A stretch of 51,112 nt of DNA from Nemertoderma westbladi (taxonomy: Eukaryota; Animalia; Xenacoelomorpha), in the NCBI GenBank assembly GCA_032718475.1, contig JAUCBJ010001061.1:1-51112 (forward strand), given 5' to 3'. This document shows positions 25,805 through 39,261 of the stretch, piece after piece (the first letter of the stretch is position 1; each line of letters opens with the position of its first letter). A program made the translations under genes and the position numbers. The notes beneath the pieces were generated by a model. That model saw nothing but the letters and a program-made list of their open reading frames with translations. It made no database searches and had not been told where the DNA came from.

Positions 25805-28017
25805 CAGGGTGGTAAAAAAAAACTGTACCCATGCAAAGTGCTATAAAAACTTTAATTTATATCAAAACACATCGAAATTTTGTAGTCGGACATCTGAATA
25901 GTTTTGAACACTAAATATCAATCTATAGACGATTTAATCAAATGTCTGTCTGGCTGTTTGTCCGTTTGACTTAGGGTTTAGACAAAACCCACACGAATAG
26001 CAGGTTTTCAACTAAAACCCAGCCCGATTCGAGGTAAAAATTAAATTGAATACTGCCGCGCACATTCTCAATATCATCAATACCGGTTACCATAACAATA
26101 ACCATTAGAATTGCAAGCGGTAGGCCTACTGTAAAATTGCTTTGAAAGAACACCAATAACATTAATTAAATTTATTGTTGGTATGGAAACTACCTTTATT
26201 CCAATGCCTCCGACACCTGACCAGAAAGCTTTTGCTGTGGAAATTTACTTATAAACGCGTTCATATAGAATTACCAGATCGCAGTACCAGAACAAGTTTA
26301 ATTGTCGAACTATTAATATTCCATGTAAGCAACAATAAATTGGTGGGTTGAGAAGTTTCGAAAACATGGAAGTGTCTTAAAACTGAATTCTAAGTCTAAG
26401 TCTATCCACCGACAAACACAATCAGGGCGAAAATTAATACGGACTCCCGAGGTAATTTCTCAGGTAAACGAATATATTTAGTCGAACCCCAAGTTGTCAA
26501 CACGTCGTCGCAGCCAACAGCTTGGATTAAAACGTGGTACGATCCCAAATGTTTTCCATAAAGATCTTAAACTTTACCCTTACCGCATTTAGATCAAACA
26601 CGCGTTGGGAGAATCTGATAAAACTAAACGAGTTGAGATGGCCAAATGGTTTGTCGCCAAGTCTAAACATTGTCCAGACTTTCTGAATGATGTCTGGTTT
26701 TCTGATGTGGATCACTTTCAGCTTAGTGGCCAGTCAACTCTAAGAACTGTATTTTCTGGGGTAGCCAGAAAGCAGACGAGGTGTTGGAGAGGCCACTTTC
26801 ACGCTCAGAAGTGTACGGCTTGGGCAGCAATTAGCCGACATGGCTTGATAAGGGCCGTTTTGGTTTGAGGATGGTAAAAGTACTGGGTTAGAATGAGAGT
26901 AGTCTTCAAGGAACGTCAATGGTTTCAGCAAGATGGTGGGTGCTATGCAAGATGGTGCCTGCTATTCGTATGGGTTTTATCTAAACCCTGAGTCATAGCA
27001 ACCTGTTGATATGGCAACTGATAATAAACAATTAACCTTTTTTTATCACGAGTGGCCCCATGGTGATTCATACAAAAGATACGATACCTTGAATTGAGAT
27101 ACTTGATTAAGATACCTTGAAACGGACAGACAGACAGACAGACATATGATGAAATATGCTCTATAGATTGATATTTAGTGTTCGAAACTATTCATATGTC
27201 CGACTACAAACTTTCGATGTGTTTTGATATAAATTATAATTATTTACATCATTGTGTGTAAAGTAGCACTTTGCAGCGTTATGACCCGAGTTTATTTATG
27301 TACCGAGCGAGCGCAGCGAGGGAGGTTTATATAAATAAACAAGGGTCTTTAACGCTGAAAAGTGACCTTTGCAAGCAATGATGTATGTAATTTTGTTACA
27401 TTATGTCAACTTATCAGCGTTCGGTATGTGAAGAAAGGATTTTATGGATGCTCATTTATACATTTTAATCATGTACTATATCGAATATAAGTGAAATTTA
27501 TTAACAGGCACACTGGTATACAGTATTAATTATACATTTAAATCTAATTAAAGTTTATTGGAAGTTATCTCCTGCTTGGATGTGATAAATCATTAATCCG
27601 TCTTGACTTTAGTCGACTGAAGCAAACTTATTCACCGTCTGTATACGTTCAGTTTTACTGAACACTGTCGTCACTTTCTTTGGTTAATTTAGTGTCTTCT
27701 ATTGGACGTTTTGCCATAATGGATTACAGTACACGTTAAACAATTATTTACATCCAGTAGCTAGTCCCGTCACTGCAAACTGGATAATAAAGCAGCACTC
27801 ATTAACATAAATGGAAATAATACATTCTGGAATACGGTAATTGAAGTTGTTTCCATGTCATTGATTACTTTGCAGCGTTCCGTCCTATAGGCCGCAACGC
27901 TGCAAAGTAGTACTTTGCAGCGTTACGAGTAATTCACCAGAACGCTGTTAAGTTGACATAATGTAACAAAAGTTTTTATAGCACTTTACATGGGTACAGG
28001 TTTTTTTGACCACCCTG
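25805..28017 (+). mobile_element. Decayed Tc1/mariner-superfamily transposon with TA TSD
   Basis: TA|CAGGGTGGT...ACCACCCTG|TA with about 125-bp TIRs; broken transposase at about 26200-26950 (STRRRSQQLG, VWFSD..HF.LSG, KCTAWAAIS..G.IGPF). Confidence 0.9.
27237..27969. mobile_element. TSD-less hairpin/inverted-repeat element inserted in the right mariner TIR (Crypton-like by inference)
   Basis: Interrupts the TIR relative to the left copy; 5' hairpin 27240-27390; inverted repeat TTTTGTTACATTATGTCAACTTA at 27391 and ending at 27971; internal TACTTTGCAGCGTT repeats. Confidence 0.7.
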
Positions 28018-29559
28018 TAGTGCTGTAGTATACGCAGATACATACAACTTCACTTCAAGTGTTGTTCGCGCAATAATGTGTTACAGTATAATGTTTAGAG
28101 TTCAAAAATAGTTTAAAGGAAATAGGTTATCGATTCTCCATTGCCATTTATTGCCATTGTTCACGAGAAGGCAAGGATATATTTAATGTGCTAACCCATT
28201 CATTGTAAGGGGGAGGGGGGGGGGGGACTAATTGTCTAACTTGATTTTGTAGACTTGACTTCTTGATTTTGTTTATACGAAACGATTGAATTATATACAG
28301 TATTACCAGCTTTCGTTTAACCTCTTCACCGGTAGACTGGTAGCGTATAGTACTGTATAATAATATTTAAATTATCCAACTGTTATATGAACTTTAAGTC
28401 TACTTTATATTCATATTGTGTTTGTATGTGAAAGAGCCGAATATTATTTATTACCAATACTGTATGTAGAGAGAGGTGAGCTACCGGTTCCGTTAGTCTG
28501 ATAATCAGATACAGTATATACCGATACTTGCCTAAAAACTCTGCCCTACCGGACCTAAAATTAAAAATCTTTGTAATCAGGACTGCTACGCGTAGTTTCA
28601 AAATACCTACGCGCAGTTCCATAACACCTTCGCGTTGTTGTTAAAAAGGCAGTAAGTCTGGCCCTATCTTTAAATGACCACAGGCATGGAAATTACAAAC
28701 TACGCGTACTGTAGCTACGCGTACAGGGAAATGCTGCGCCAATGTGTTCGGCCTACATTTTTCAATAAGGCACAAAGTACCTTGTAAATAAATAACAATA
28801 ATAGTATAAATTACCTCCGGTAGCATTATTTATTTTATAATCGCATAATAAGTAAATGTAGACTTCAAATAATGATCTTCGCACCTACCAACTGGTAAAA
28901 TAAAAAAACTGCACATAACAAACCCAAATAGCGAAACGAACGTGGAATGTTTAAGGAAAGTTATATTATTACATATAGGACGAATTGACAAATAAAACTT
29001 ATACTGTACGACAAGTAAATCAATAGCTAGTATTCGTTTATTACTGAATAAATATGACAAATTTGTTGATTTCCCTGGTAAATAATGGCTGTTGTGAATT
29101 ATACCTTAATTTTCTTTTTACGGTTGAAATCCACTTGTAAATGTAATTATTGACGTAAAATATAATATTTAAATACTGTACGTGTGTATAAAGTAGCACT
29201 TTACAGGATGCTGATCCGTGTGGTTTTGTAGATGGACAGATGTAGTGAGCGAGTGCGAGAGAAAGTAATATATACAAAAATGTAATTAGTTAGGGTGATA
29301 ATTACATTTATTGACATGATTAAGAGATTTTAGACCGGAGCTGGGAGATTCAGTTTTTATCAAAGTTCATTGCGAAATAAAGTATCTATAAAGTATCTAT
29401 AAAGTATCTATAAAGTATCTATAAAGTATCTATCAACGATCAATAACATTTACCTGTCATTGCAATGTTAGACATATTGTGCATTAAAATAATAAACATC
29501 AATTAGCTCTAAGTCAGCGGAGAAAAAATATTAAAATATTTCACCGGCGGTAGAACTAA

Positions 29560-30312
29560 GGTGGTGATTTTGGGCCGCATCGTTCTATTTACATAGGTTC
29601 ATTGAGTTTTTGCTTTCCAGTTTTCCGCAAATATGAAAAGCAAAAAAGGTTTTTATTAGTTTTTGTTTTCTCAATAAAAAAAATCCAAAGCAAAAAGTTT
29701 ATTATTAGTTTTTGCATTCACGTTTTCAGAATTGTAGGAAAAACTAGTCTATAGTACCGATACTGCTGTAGGACAGCATGCAGATCAGATATCACTTTTT
29801 GATATCCGGCAGACTTTTACAAGAGATTAAACTCTACATCTTGCAATTTTATTTCATAAAAATAATAACATAAAATATCCGATGGAATTGCCGGAAACCA
29901 GGCTGGATCTCTGGCTGTGTCGGGTATATGTATTGGTCGGATTACAGGGGTGTGTAGGATATCTGTATTGGTCGGATATCGAACGGATATCTGGATGGTT
30001 GGGATATCCGGCTCGGTCGGATATATGGCCGGATAATTTCATCAAGGAATTTATACTGTATTATTATTTTTAAGATATAAAAATATAAGTTGTAAAGTTG
30101 AATACCCGGTAAACGTCTGCCGGGAATCCGATATCAAAAAGTGCTATCCGATGTCTCTACGTACATGCTGTCCTACACGTCAGTAAGTACCGTAAACTAG
30201 TTTTACTGAAAAGGAGAAAGCAATAACTAATAATAAACATTTTGCTTTTCATTTGCGGAAAACTGGAGAGCAAAACCTAGATGAAAGAACGAAGTGGCCC
30301 AAAATCACCACC
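29560..30312. mobile_element. Foldback MITE with nested inverted repeats
   Basis: GGTGGTGATTTTGGGCC / GGCCCAAAATCACCACC ends; inner pair TAGGACAGCATG (29769) / CATGCTGTCCTA (30165); core rich in gatatccg. Confidence 0.75.
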
Positions 30313-30313
30313 A

Positions 30314-30533
30314 CATAGAACACATAGAACGCATAGAACCCATAGAACGCATAGAACCCATAGAACGCATAGAACCCATAGAACGCATAGAACCCATAGA
30401 ACGCATAGAACCCATAGAACGCATAGAACCCATAGAACGCATATAACCCATAGAACGCATAGAACCCATAGAACGCATAGAACACATAGAACCCATAGAA
30501 CGCATAGAACCCATAGAACGCATAGAACCCCAT
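30314..30533. repeat. 9-bp tandem repeat catagaac(c/g), alternating to give an 18-bp period
   Basis: Directly visible; source of the spurious THR/GFYAFY ORFs. Confidence 0.97.
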
Positions 30534-30630
30534 GTTTTATTACTTAATTGTGAACCCATCAATGTAATACTGCATTGACTAGGAACCACATATTATTATA
30601 GGGAACTCAAGTGTTTTATATTGTATTAAT

Positions 30631-31110
30631 ATCTCGAGGGCACAAAGTCTCGCGTGTATTAATGTCTCGCAGGCAATAATATCTCGAGGGCACAAAGTCT
30701 CACGTGTATTAATGTCTCGCAGGCAATAATATCTCGAGGGCACAACGTCTCGCGTGTATTAATGTCTCGCAGGCAATAATATCTCGAGGGCACAAAGTCT
30801 CGCGTGTATTAATGTCTCGCAGGCAATAATATCTCGAGGGCACAAAGTCTCGCGTGTATTAATGTCTCGCAGGCAATAATATCTCGAGGGCACAAAGTCT
30901 CGCGTGTATTAATGTCTCGCAGGCAATAATATCTCGAGGGCACAAAGTCTCGCGTGTATTAATGTCTCGCAGGCAATAATATCTCGAGGGCACAAAGTCT
31001 CGCGTGTATTAATGTCTCGCAGGCAATAATATCTCGAGGGCACAAAGTCTCGCGTGTATTAATGTCTCGCGGTCGATAATGTCTCGCGACCCTAATGTCC
31101 CAAGACAAAA
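30631..31110. repeat. 50-bp tandem repeat, about 9 copies, built of three TCTCG sub-repeats; probably the subterminal array of a DNA transposon
   Basis: Unit atctcgagggcacaaagtctcgcgtgtattaatgtctcgcaggcaataat; decays into aatgtctcgcgaccctaatgtcc. Confidence 0.93.
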
Positions 31111-31763
31111 AGTGAGTTCGTGTTAAATGTGTCAAAGGTCTTCTATGAGACGCTCCAGAGTGATTGTGATTGGTTAGATTTCTGATTATCTTATTGGTTA
31201 GTTTAATCGCCATCCTTCATTTTAAATTCGCACTCCGACGATGGAGTTCTCTCAACTGCCACTCACTTACAGACTGAACCAAACGATCAGCTGGCCCGGA
31301 CCCAATCAACTGTTACAAATATTAACGAATAGTTATAACTAACCGGTTGATCTTTACAGTATTTAAACGGCTACAACTGCAGCCCCACTAAAATATTATT
31401 AAGAAGCAAAAAATACATATAATAATATACGAAAAATAGACTGCTAACAGAGAAGGCCCGACGTAATCAATACGTTGGAATAGTAATTAATTAATTACGA
31501 TTAGTTTACACATAAAACATCAGCACAATCATATTCAAAACACCAAAACCGCGAATAAATAGTATAAAATGGTAGTTAGTGGGACGACTAGAGCTGAACA
31601 TTAAATTATTAAATGAACCGAGGCAAAAATAATTGCGACAATATTGGGACCCAAAAGAAGTAACCCGAGCCTATATTGGTATAGGTTCAGGTAGACTCGT
31701 CACCCTGCAGTTCGGGGTGGACTGCGAAATGTCAGCCAAGATGGTAACGTGTAGGCCTAGCAT

Positions 31764-32137
31764 TGTCGGCCCAACCGCGTCGGCCCACCGTGTCGGCCCA
31801 ACCGTGTCGGCCCACCGTGTCGGCCCACCGTGTCGGCCCACCGTGTCGGCCCAACCGTGTCGGCCCACCGCGTCGGCCCAACCGCGTCGGCCCACCGTGT
31901 CGGCCCACCGTGTCGGCCCACCGTGTCGGCCCACCGTGTCGGCCCACCGTGTCGGCCCACCGTGTCGGCCCAACCGTGTCGGCCCACCGCGTCGGCCCAA
32001 CCGTGTCGGCCCAACCGTGTCGGCCCAACCGTGTCGGCCCACCGTGTCGGCCCAACCGTGTCGGCCCAACCGTGTCGGCCCAACCGTGTCGGCCCACCGT
32101 GTCGGCCCAACCGTGTCGGCCCAACCGTGTCGGCCCA
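31764..32137. repeat. GC-rich 13/14-bp minisatellite ccgtgtcggccca(a) in the ICA1 3' UTR region
   Basis: Directly visible; begins about 12 bp past the ICA1 stop codon. Confidence 0.97.
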
Positions 32138-32149
32138 TCATCCCGCCCC

Positions 32150-32782
<633 letters not shown>

Positions 32783-34094
32783 CTAAAAATATAAATTTAA
32801 TCTCTGAACTTATCCTGTACGAATATAATGTAGATTTTGTATTAGCAATCCATTGAGTGCTACAAACTACTAAGACTAGTCCGAATTTTTGAAAAATGTA
32901 GAGCTATGTAAAAACCACAACACACCGGACTGCTGGCTGGTTCCCTCTCTACTGATTTAGATGCAGTCGGGGAGGTTCAGAAAAGGGTATTATCTCAACC
33001 GGACACTGCTGGCTCTCTGCAACAAAATTTGTAACGTAGAGAAATACAATGAATCCTTGTTTATTACCACACATTTTATATTTTGCCGTAATTTAAATCT
33101 AGCTAACATTAGGATGTGTTTCACGGGGCTACGCGGGCTACGGCTAATGTCTTACAACCTCCAGATTGAGAAAGCCAGACGGAGCCGGAAGCCACACCAG
33201 GGTCGGGTGTGTTGTTGCGACAATGTGTCAGTGCGGGTGCAGTCTGAACATCACGTTCTAATAGTGTCTATAGTTCCCCGCCCATTATCTGCATTCTGCA
33301 TGCATTCGTACCAAATACTGTACTAAATTAGATATAGGTTCTTTAAATAGGATAGTAAATTTGTATTAGATGTTCTAGATTTATATTAGACTGAGTATAA
33401 TTTATTTTATAATGTTGATTTATATCATATCCAGCCGTTGGGGATTATGATTATTGTTATTATTATTTGATTAAATTAACTTAATTAAATAACATTAAAT
33501 TAATATCATTGTTATGCAATTAATGGGCCCATTACCGCCAAGGAAAGTGAAATTTTCCGGGATTTAAGAAATTAATCTATTTTTGTAGTTTGTTAGACGG
33601 GCTATTATGTGGTGACATCGGTTTTCACCATCAAGTGATTTTTCACCTCAAAACAGCATTTTTTAAAATAATTATTGAAATTTTTTTGAAAATTTTGTCA
33701 ATTATTTTCAATAATTTCATCTTAAATATGAAAAATGAAAAAAATTTCCCCAGGTAACGCTGACTCCAAAATGCAGATAATATTTGTGCAAAAAATATGG
33801 CGGATATTCACGACTCTCCGTATTAAACAACCATTTTCTCAGTTTGTCGAAATTGAATTATTTCATTACTAAATACCCTAACTACTTTTTTTAGTTTTAA
33901 CTCAATGTTCAGCAGCTTTAGGGTTACAATCATGGGTATTGGTTTAGTAAAACTGGCCATTTGTATCTTCTAGAACTGATTTTGTAACTGCTACACTTTG
34001 TCTATCTCAAAAATCGTTGATCCCCAAAATATAGCCCAAACAAATTTTCAAAATAAATTGTCCAAAAACAATAATTTTTTGCTGAAATGTTCAC

Positions 34095-34747
34095 AAAAGA
34101 TTGGCTCCCTAGGTCCCTTGTGCCAAACTCTTGGAATTCATAAAAGATTGGCTCCCTAGGTCCCTTGTGCCAAACTCTTGGAATTCATAAAAGATTGGCT
34201 CCCTAGGTCCCTTGTGCCAAACTCTTGGAATTCATAAAAGATTGGCTCCCTAGGTCCCTTGTGCCAAACTCTTGGAATTCATAAAAGATTGGCTCCCTAG
34301 GTCCATTGTGCCAAACTCTTGGAATTCATAAAAGATTGGCTCCCTAGGTCCCTTGTGCCAAACTCTTGGAATTCATAAAAGATTGGCTCCCTAGGTCCCT
34401 TGTGCCAAACTCTTGGAATTCATAAAAGATTGGCTCCCTAGGTCCCTTGTGCCAAACTCTTGGAATTCACAAAAGATTGGCTCCCTAGGTCCATTTTGCC
34501 AAACTCTTGGAATTCATAAAAGATTGGCTCCCTAGGTCCATTGTGCCAAACTCTTGGAATTCATAAAAGATTGGCTCCCTAGGTCCCTTGTGCCAAACTC
34601 TTGGAATTCATAAAAGATTGGCTCCCTAGGTCCCTTGTGCCAAACTCTTGGAATTCACAAAAGATTGGCTCCCTAGGTCCCTTGTGCCAAACTCTTGGAA
34701 TTCATAAAAGATTGGCTCCCTAGGTCCATTGTGCCAAACTCTTGGAA
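34095..34747. repeat. 47-bp tandem repeat, about 14 near-identical copies, in ICA1 intron 2
   Basis: Unit aaaagattggctccctaggtcccttgtgccaaactcttggaattcat; no spacers. Confidence 0.97.
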
Positions 34748-35388
34748 CGATAACTTCAACCCAGGTGGTTAATAAGTGATCCATCTATGTTAGGAAAAGC
34801 CACAAAATGTATACGATTTTATAAAAAAACCGACAGCTGCACAAAAAGTGGCACATTTTTTAAATAACGTACGATTTCACACGATACGGAGCATAAAATG
34901 GATATAATCTCCGTTAATAATACTGGGGACTGTGTGTAATAAATAACAGGTCATGCGGCAATCGGACATGCGGCAATCGGACATGCGGCAATCGTGTTGC
35001 TGGAATTAGCGGAGGCCGATCTTTCCGTTATTTAGGACATTATTTTCATAACAAATCCTTCGGATCTTATAAACAGCTAATTTGTTTAGGTGGGTAATAT
35101 GGCTAAGGTCTAGAAATGTAATAAAATGTCTTTCTGGAATTTTTATCTTGTTGTTGTCAAGGTAACCGGGTGTAAATTCAAACTTTGCGCGCCTGTAAGG
35201 CAAGGTGACGAGGGATTCGGGGGATTTAGTGGGTGATTAAAGAGAATAATAAAAGTCGGTCAAAATATTTGATATTACGCGCAAAGATTGAACTTTACAC
35301 GTTGCATGACATGTTATTAATTATACCTTGGGAATAATCAAGCCGTGTTCTAGAACGTGATCAAACACAGTGCATCGGCCATTTATCA

Positions 35389-35739
<351 letters not shown>

Positions 35740-36631
35740 TTACAGGGGAATTTATACACTATGAACCAGTTGCTGAGTTGTCATGTGAGCGTATTCAATT
35801 CCGCCTCATTACCCTCATAAAGTTGGGAAGTGGCACCTTTTTCAGCAATATTGGAGATACGAGATTGATAACAACCAATCTCGTATCACACCCAATAACG
35901 GGGATAACACAAACCCCAAAAGCCACACAAAGGGAGGTTAGAGGTCAAACCACCTCGAGAGGGAAAAATAACCAACAAGGGCCAACAGGGGGGGGGGGGG
36001 GGGGGGGGGGGAGCACTCTCACAGAGGTGAGATGCGTGAAGTAGGTTATCAGCCAATAGGAGCGGGGGAAAGCATCCACTGGACAAAGGCCACAGTAATG
36101 TAGAGATGATTACATATATTGTCAATGCATTCAGGCATCAATTCAGTTATTCAGTCATTAGTTTGAGTGCAGACCGGTGACATCTTACACCGTCACCGTC
36201 ATCATTACCGATATATCCTACCTACCGGTATACTACTGTACTATACTGTTATTCCATCATTAATTGTGCTATCACTTATTGTTCAGTTACCAGTTACTCC
36301 AATATTAACCAGCGAATATCAAAGCGGCAACAACAAACTTCTACTTATTTTCAATACCACACGGTGACGCGTAGTCTAATAAACCGGTCGGGATCCCTTG
36401 ATCCCGTCACATGTCAGTATATTATTTATCAGATAATTTTAACAGTTTACTTGTAAGTATTTGGAGTAGATTATATATTTTAACTTATCCTCCGAATTTT
36501 TGTTTAACTTTTTTTACACAGCGTTTTAAATGTTGCTGTCGATAGAAACGTATTTGGCCATAGCTAAAAAGGTGATTATTTGGATAGGCCTATTATCTCA
36601 ATATTACACTAGGGGCTATTACTATTACATA

Positions 36632-37326
36632 CGGTGGCCCATAACTGTCACAGTACCGGTATATAAAAAGGAACGGCAGAAATTAACAAGCCACGGCAGA
36701 AATTAAAGAAGCTACGGCAGAAATTAAAAAGCCACGGCAGAAATTAAAGAAGCTACGGCAGAAATTAAAAAGCCACGGCAGAAATTAAAAAGCCACGGCA
36801 GAAATTAAAAAGCCACGGCAGAAATTTAAAAGCCACGGCAGAAATGTAAAAGCCACGGCAGAAATTAAAAAGTAACTGCTATTGCTAGATTATTTGAGTA
36901 TGAGTGCCGACTGCAAGCTATTGCTATCGGCCAGTAAATAAATAGGTAAAAAAAATAATAAAAAAAAATAGGTAAAAATAGGTAGGGCCTAGGAAAAAAT
37001 ATTTGCTATAATGTATTGTAATAATCATGGCTTTTTAATTTCTGCCGTGGCTTTTTAATTTCTGCCGTAGCTTCTTTAATTTCTGCCGTGGCTTTTTAAT
37101 TTCTGCCGTGGATTTTTAATTTCTGCCGTGGCTTTTTAATTTCTGCCGTAGCTTCTTTAATTTCTGCCGTGGCTTTTTAATTTCTGCCGTAGCTTCTTTA
37201 ATTTCTGTCGTGGCTTTTTAATTTCTGCCGTGGCTTTTTAATTTCTGCCGTAGCTTCTGTAATTTCTGCCGTGGTTTTTAATTTCTGACATTCATTTTTA
37301 TATCCTGTGACAGTTATGGGCCACCG
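36632..37326. mobile_element. Foldback MITE with TA TSD and opposed 21-22-bp repeat arrays, in ICA1 intron 1
   Basis: TA|CGGTGGCCCATAACTGTCACAG...CTGTGACAGTTATGGGCCACCG|TA; (gccacggcagaaattaaaaa)n on the left, reverse complement on the right. Confidence 0.9.
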
Positions 37327-37475
37327 TAATTACAGTATTAAACAAATAACTAATAAAATGTGATGATATATAATAGGGCCTAATACATAATAACAGAAAG
37401 AAAGTAGGGGCCCTAGGCCTAACATTTTTTGTCCGACTTTTTAATCGCATACGGTAGGCATAACGAACGACCAAC

Positions 37476-38004
37476 CTCTGAATGTCTCCATCTCCTGATA
37501 CAGCCGAACCAACGGAACCCGTACCGCCAACCGCTGCTGCGACGAGGTAATGAAACTCTTCCCCACCGATAACATCATCTTACCGGCGCGCGTTTTATCG
37601 TACTGCGCCTGTTCCTTAAGGAACCGCGCTAAGGCATGCTCCTCCGCGGATAAACTACAGATGCCGTCCTGGTAAAGTTCGATAACTCGAATCATTGTCT
37701 CGCAGGACGACTGAATCGCTTTATAGAGTTCGAGTTTGGCGTCCAACTCGGCGTCGGATTGGAGGATACACTCGTCCTCCTTTTTGCCGAGTTTTTTTCG
37801 GACCACCTGTTTTGTGAGCCAATACTTTTCCTTTAGTTTGGCGGCGGTAGAGTTAGAGTCTCCGTAATAGTGGTATTGTTTATCGTATTCCCCGAATCCG
37901 CGCGGCGCGTACGGATCGCCGATGGGGCGGTACCGGTCGCTCGGGGGATTGTCTTCATCGTCGCTGAAATGGTCACGGTACTCCTCCATACCTGCCATAC
38001 TCAT
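37476..38004 (-). CDS. ICA1: ICA69 exon 1 (start of arfaptin-homology domain)
   Basis: KYWLTKQVVRKKLGKKEDECILQSDAELDAKLE...DKTRAGKMM...QQRLAVRVPLVRLYQEMETFR G|gttggt. Which Met starts (MSMAGM) is uncertain. Confidence 0.95.
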
Positions 38005-38409
38005 TCTGTCTGACTGTTGTCAGTTTGTGCGTAGTACCGGTACCCAAGGCCTGCCTACTGGCTAGGCTACTGATCAAGGCTGGCCTAGTACGAGAGTAGG
38101 CTACTGCAGTGTTTACAGCGCCATTAATAAAATACACATTATTTACAACATAAAAAAGACACATACAATACAATTTAAATAAATATACGATTATGAACTC
38201 AGAGCTATACTGCAAATACTGTAACACGACGAAAACTGGAAAATTAGTCGCTTATGTACTGATGTATATACAATACACTATATAGTATATACCGACTCCA
38301 TCACCAGTACGTTTTCTATCTCGTCTATAAAAAACATAATCCGGTAGGCCTATTGATACTCCGGTACTGCGTAGGTTTCATACTCATATAAACCACCTGG
38401 CTTGCTGTA

Positions 38410-38824
38410 TGGGGCGCCGTTCTGGTCAAATGCACATGTCATTCTCGCAGCGAGATGTCATTCTCGCAGCGAGATGTCATTCTCGCAGCGAGATGTTATT
38501 CTCGCATCGAGATGTCATTCTCGCAGCGAGATGTCATTCTCGCTGCGAGATGTCATTCTCGCTGCGAGATGTCATTCTCGCTGCGAGATGTCATTCTCGC
38601 TGCGAGATGTCATTCTCGCAGCGAGATGTTATTCTCGCAGCGAGATGTCATTCTCGCAGCGAGATGTCATTCTCGCAGCGAGATGTCATTCTCGCAGCGA
38701 GATGTCATTCTCGCAGCGAGAACACATTCTCGGTGCGAGAAGTCAATCTCGCTGCGAGAATGTATTCTCGCAACGAGATTCTCGCAGCGAGAATGCATGT
38801 GCATTTGACCAGAACGGCGCCCCA
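38410..38824. mobile_element. MITE with 29-bp TIR, TA flanks and internal 19-bp palindromic tandem array
   Basis: TGGGGCGCCGTTCTGGTCAAATGCACATG inverted at 38796-38824; unit atgtcattCTCGCWGCGAG about 15 times. Confidence 0.9.
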
Positions 38825-39261
38825 TATTGCTGGCTTAGCATATTGAACGCATCCCGAGTTATTGATTCGATTTTTCGAATATCGTACCAAGAGCCGCGCA
38901 GGGCCAGTCTACAGTATTAACATTTATTTCTTAAGATCTCTGATAAAAATAACTCTTAAAAATAGCATCACTAAAAGTATATCATCACTAAAAATCAAAA
39001 TGTATGGTACATAAAAAAATTGATTTCCAGCGTTTCCTTAAACCCGCCATTTCGACCGTTTCCTTGTGTTTTTACAAAATCACACCCCGCCATTCGATTC
39101 AGGGCACCTTGTTACCCCTTATTCAATTGTTTCTAGCCCGACAATTTTTCCGCGCATCAGCCCTATTGTAAATTATTGTCTATATCAAAGTTTTTAGTAA
39201 AAATTACCTGTACAGGTATAACAAGTATTGCCCATTTGCTTGTTTTATGATAAATGTACTT

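Noticed and set aside
30249-30589. THR, GFYAFY and SMRSMG repeat ORFs
   Set aside because: Artefacts of the 9-bp tandem repeat.
34095-34747. CRISPR-like appearance of the 47-bp (also 50-bp and 28-bp) arrays
   Set aside because: Units are head-to-tail with no unique spacers, there are no cas genes, and the context is eukaryotic intron/intergenic DNA.
38402-38920. ORFs with RDVILAARCHS repeats
   Set aside because: Translations of the 19-bp array inside a MITE.
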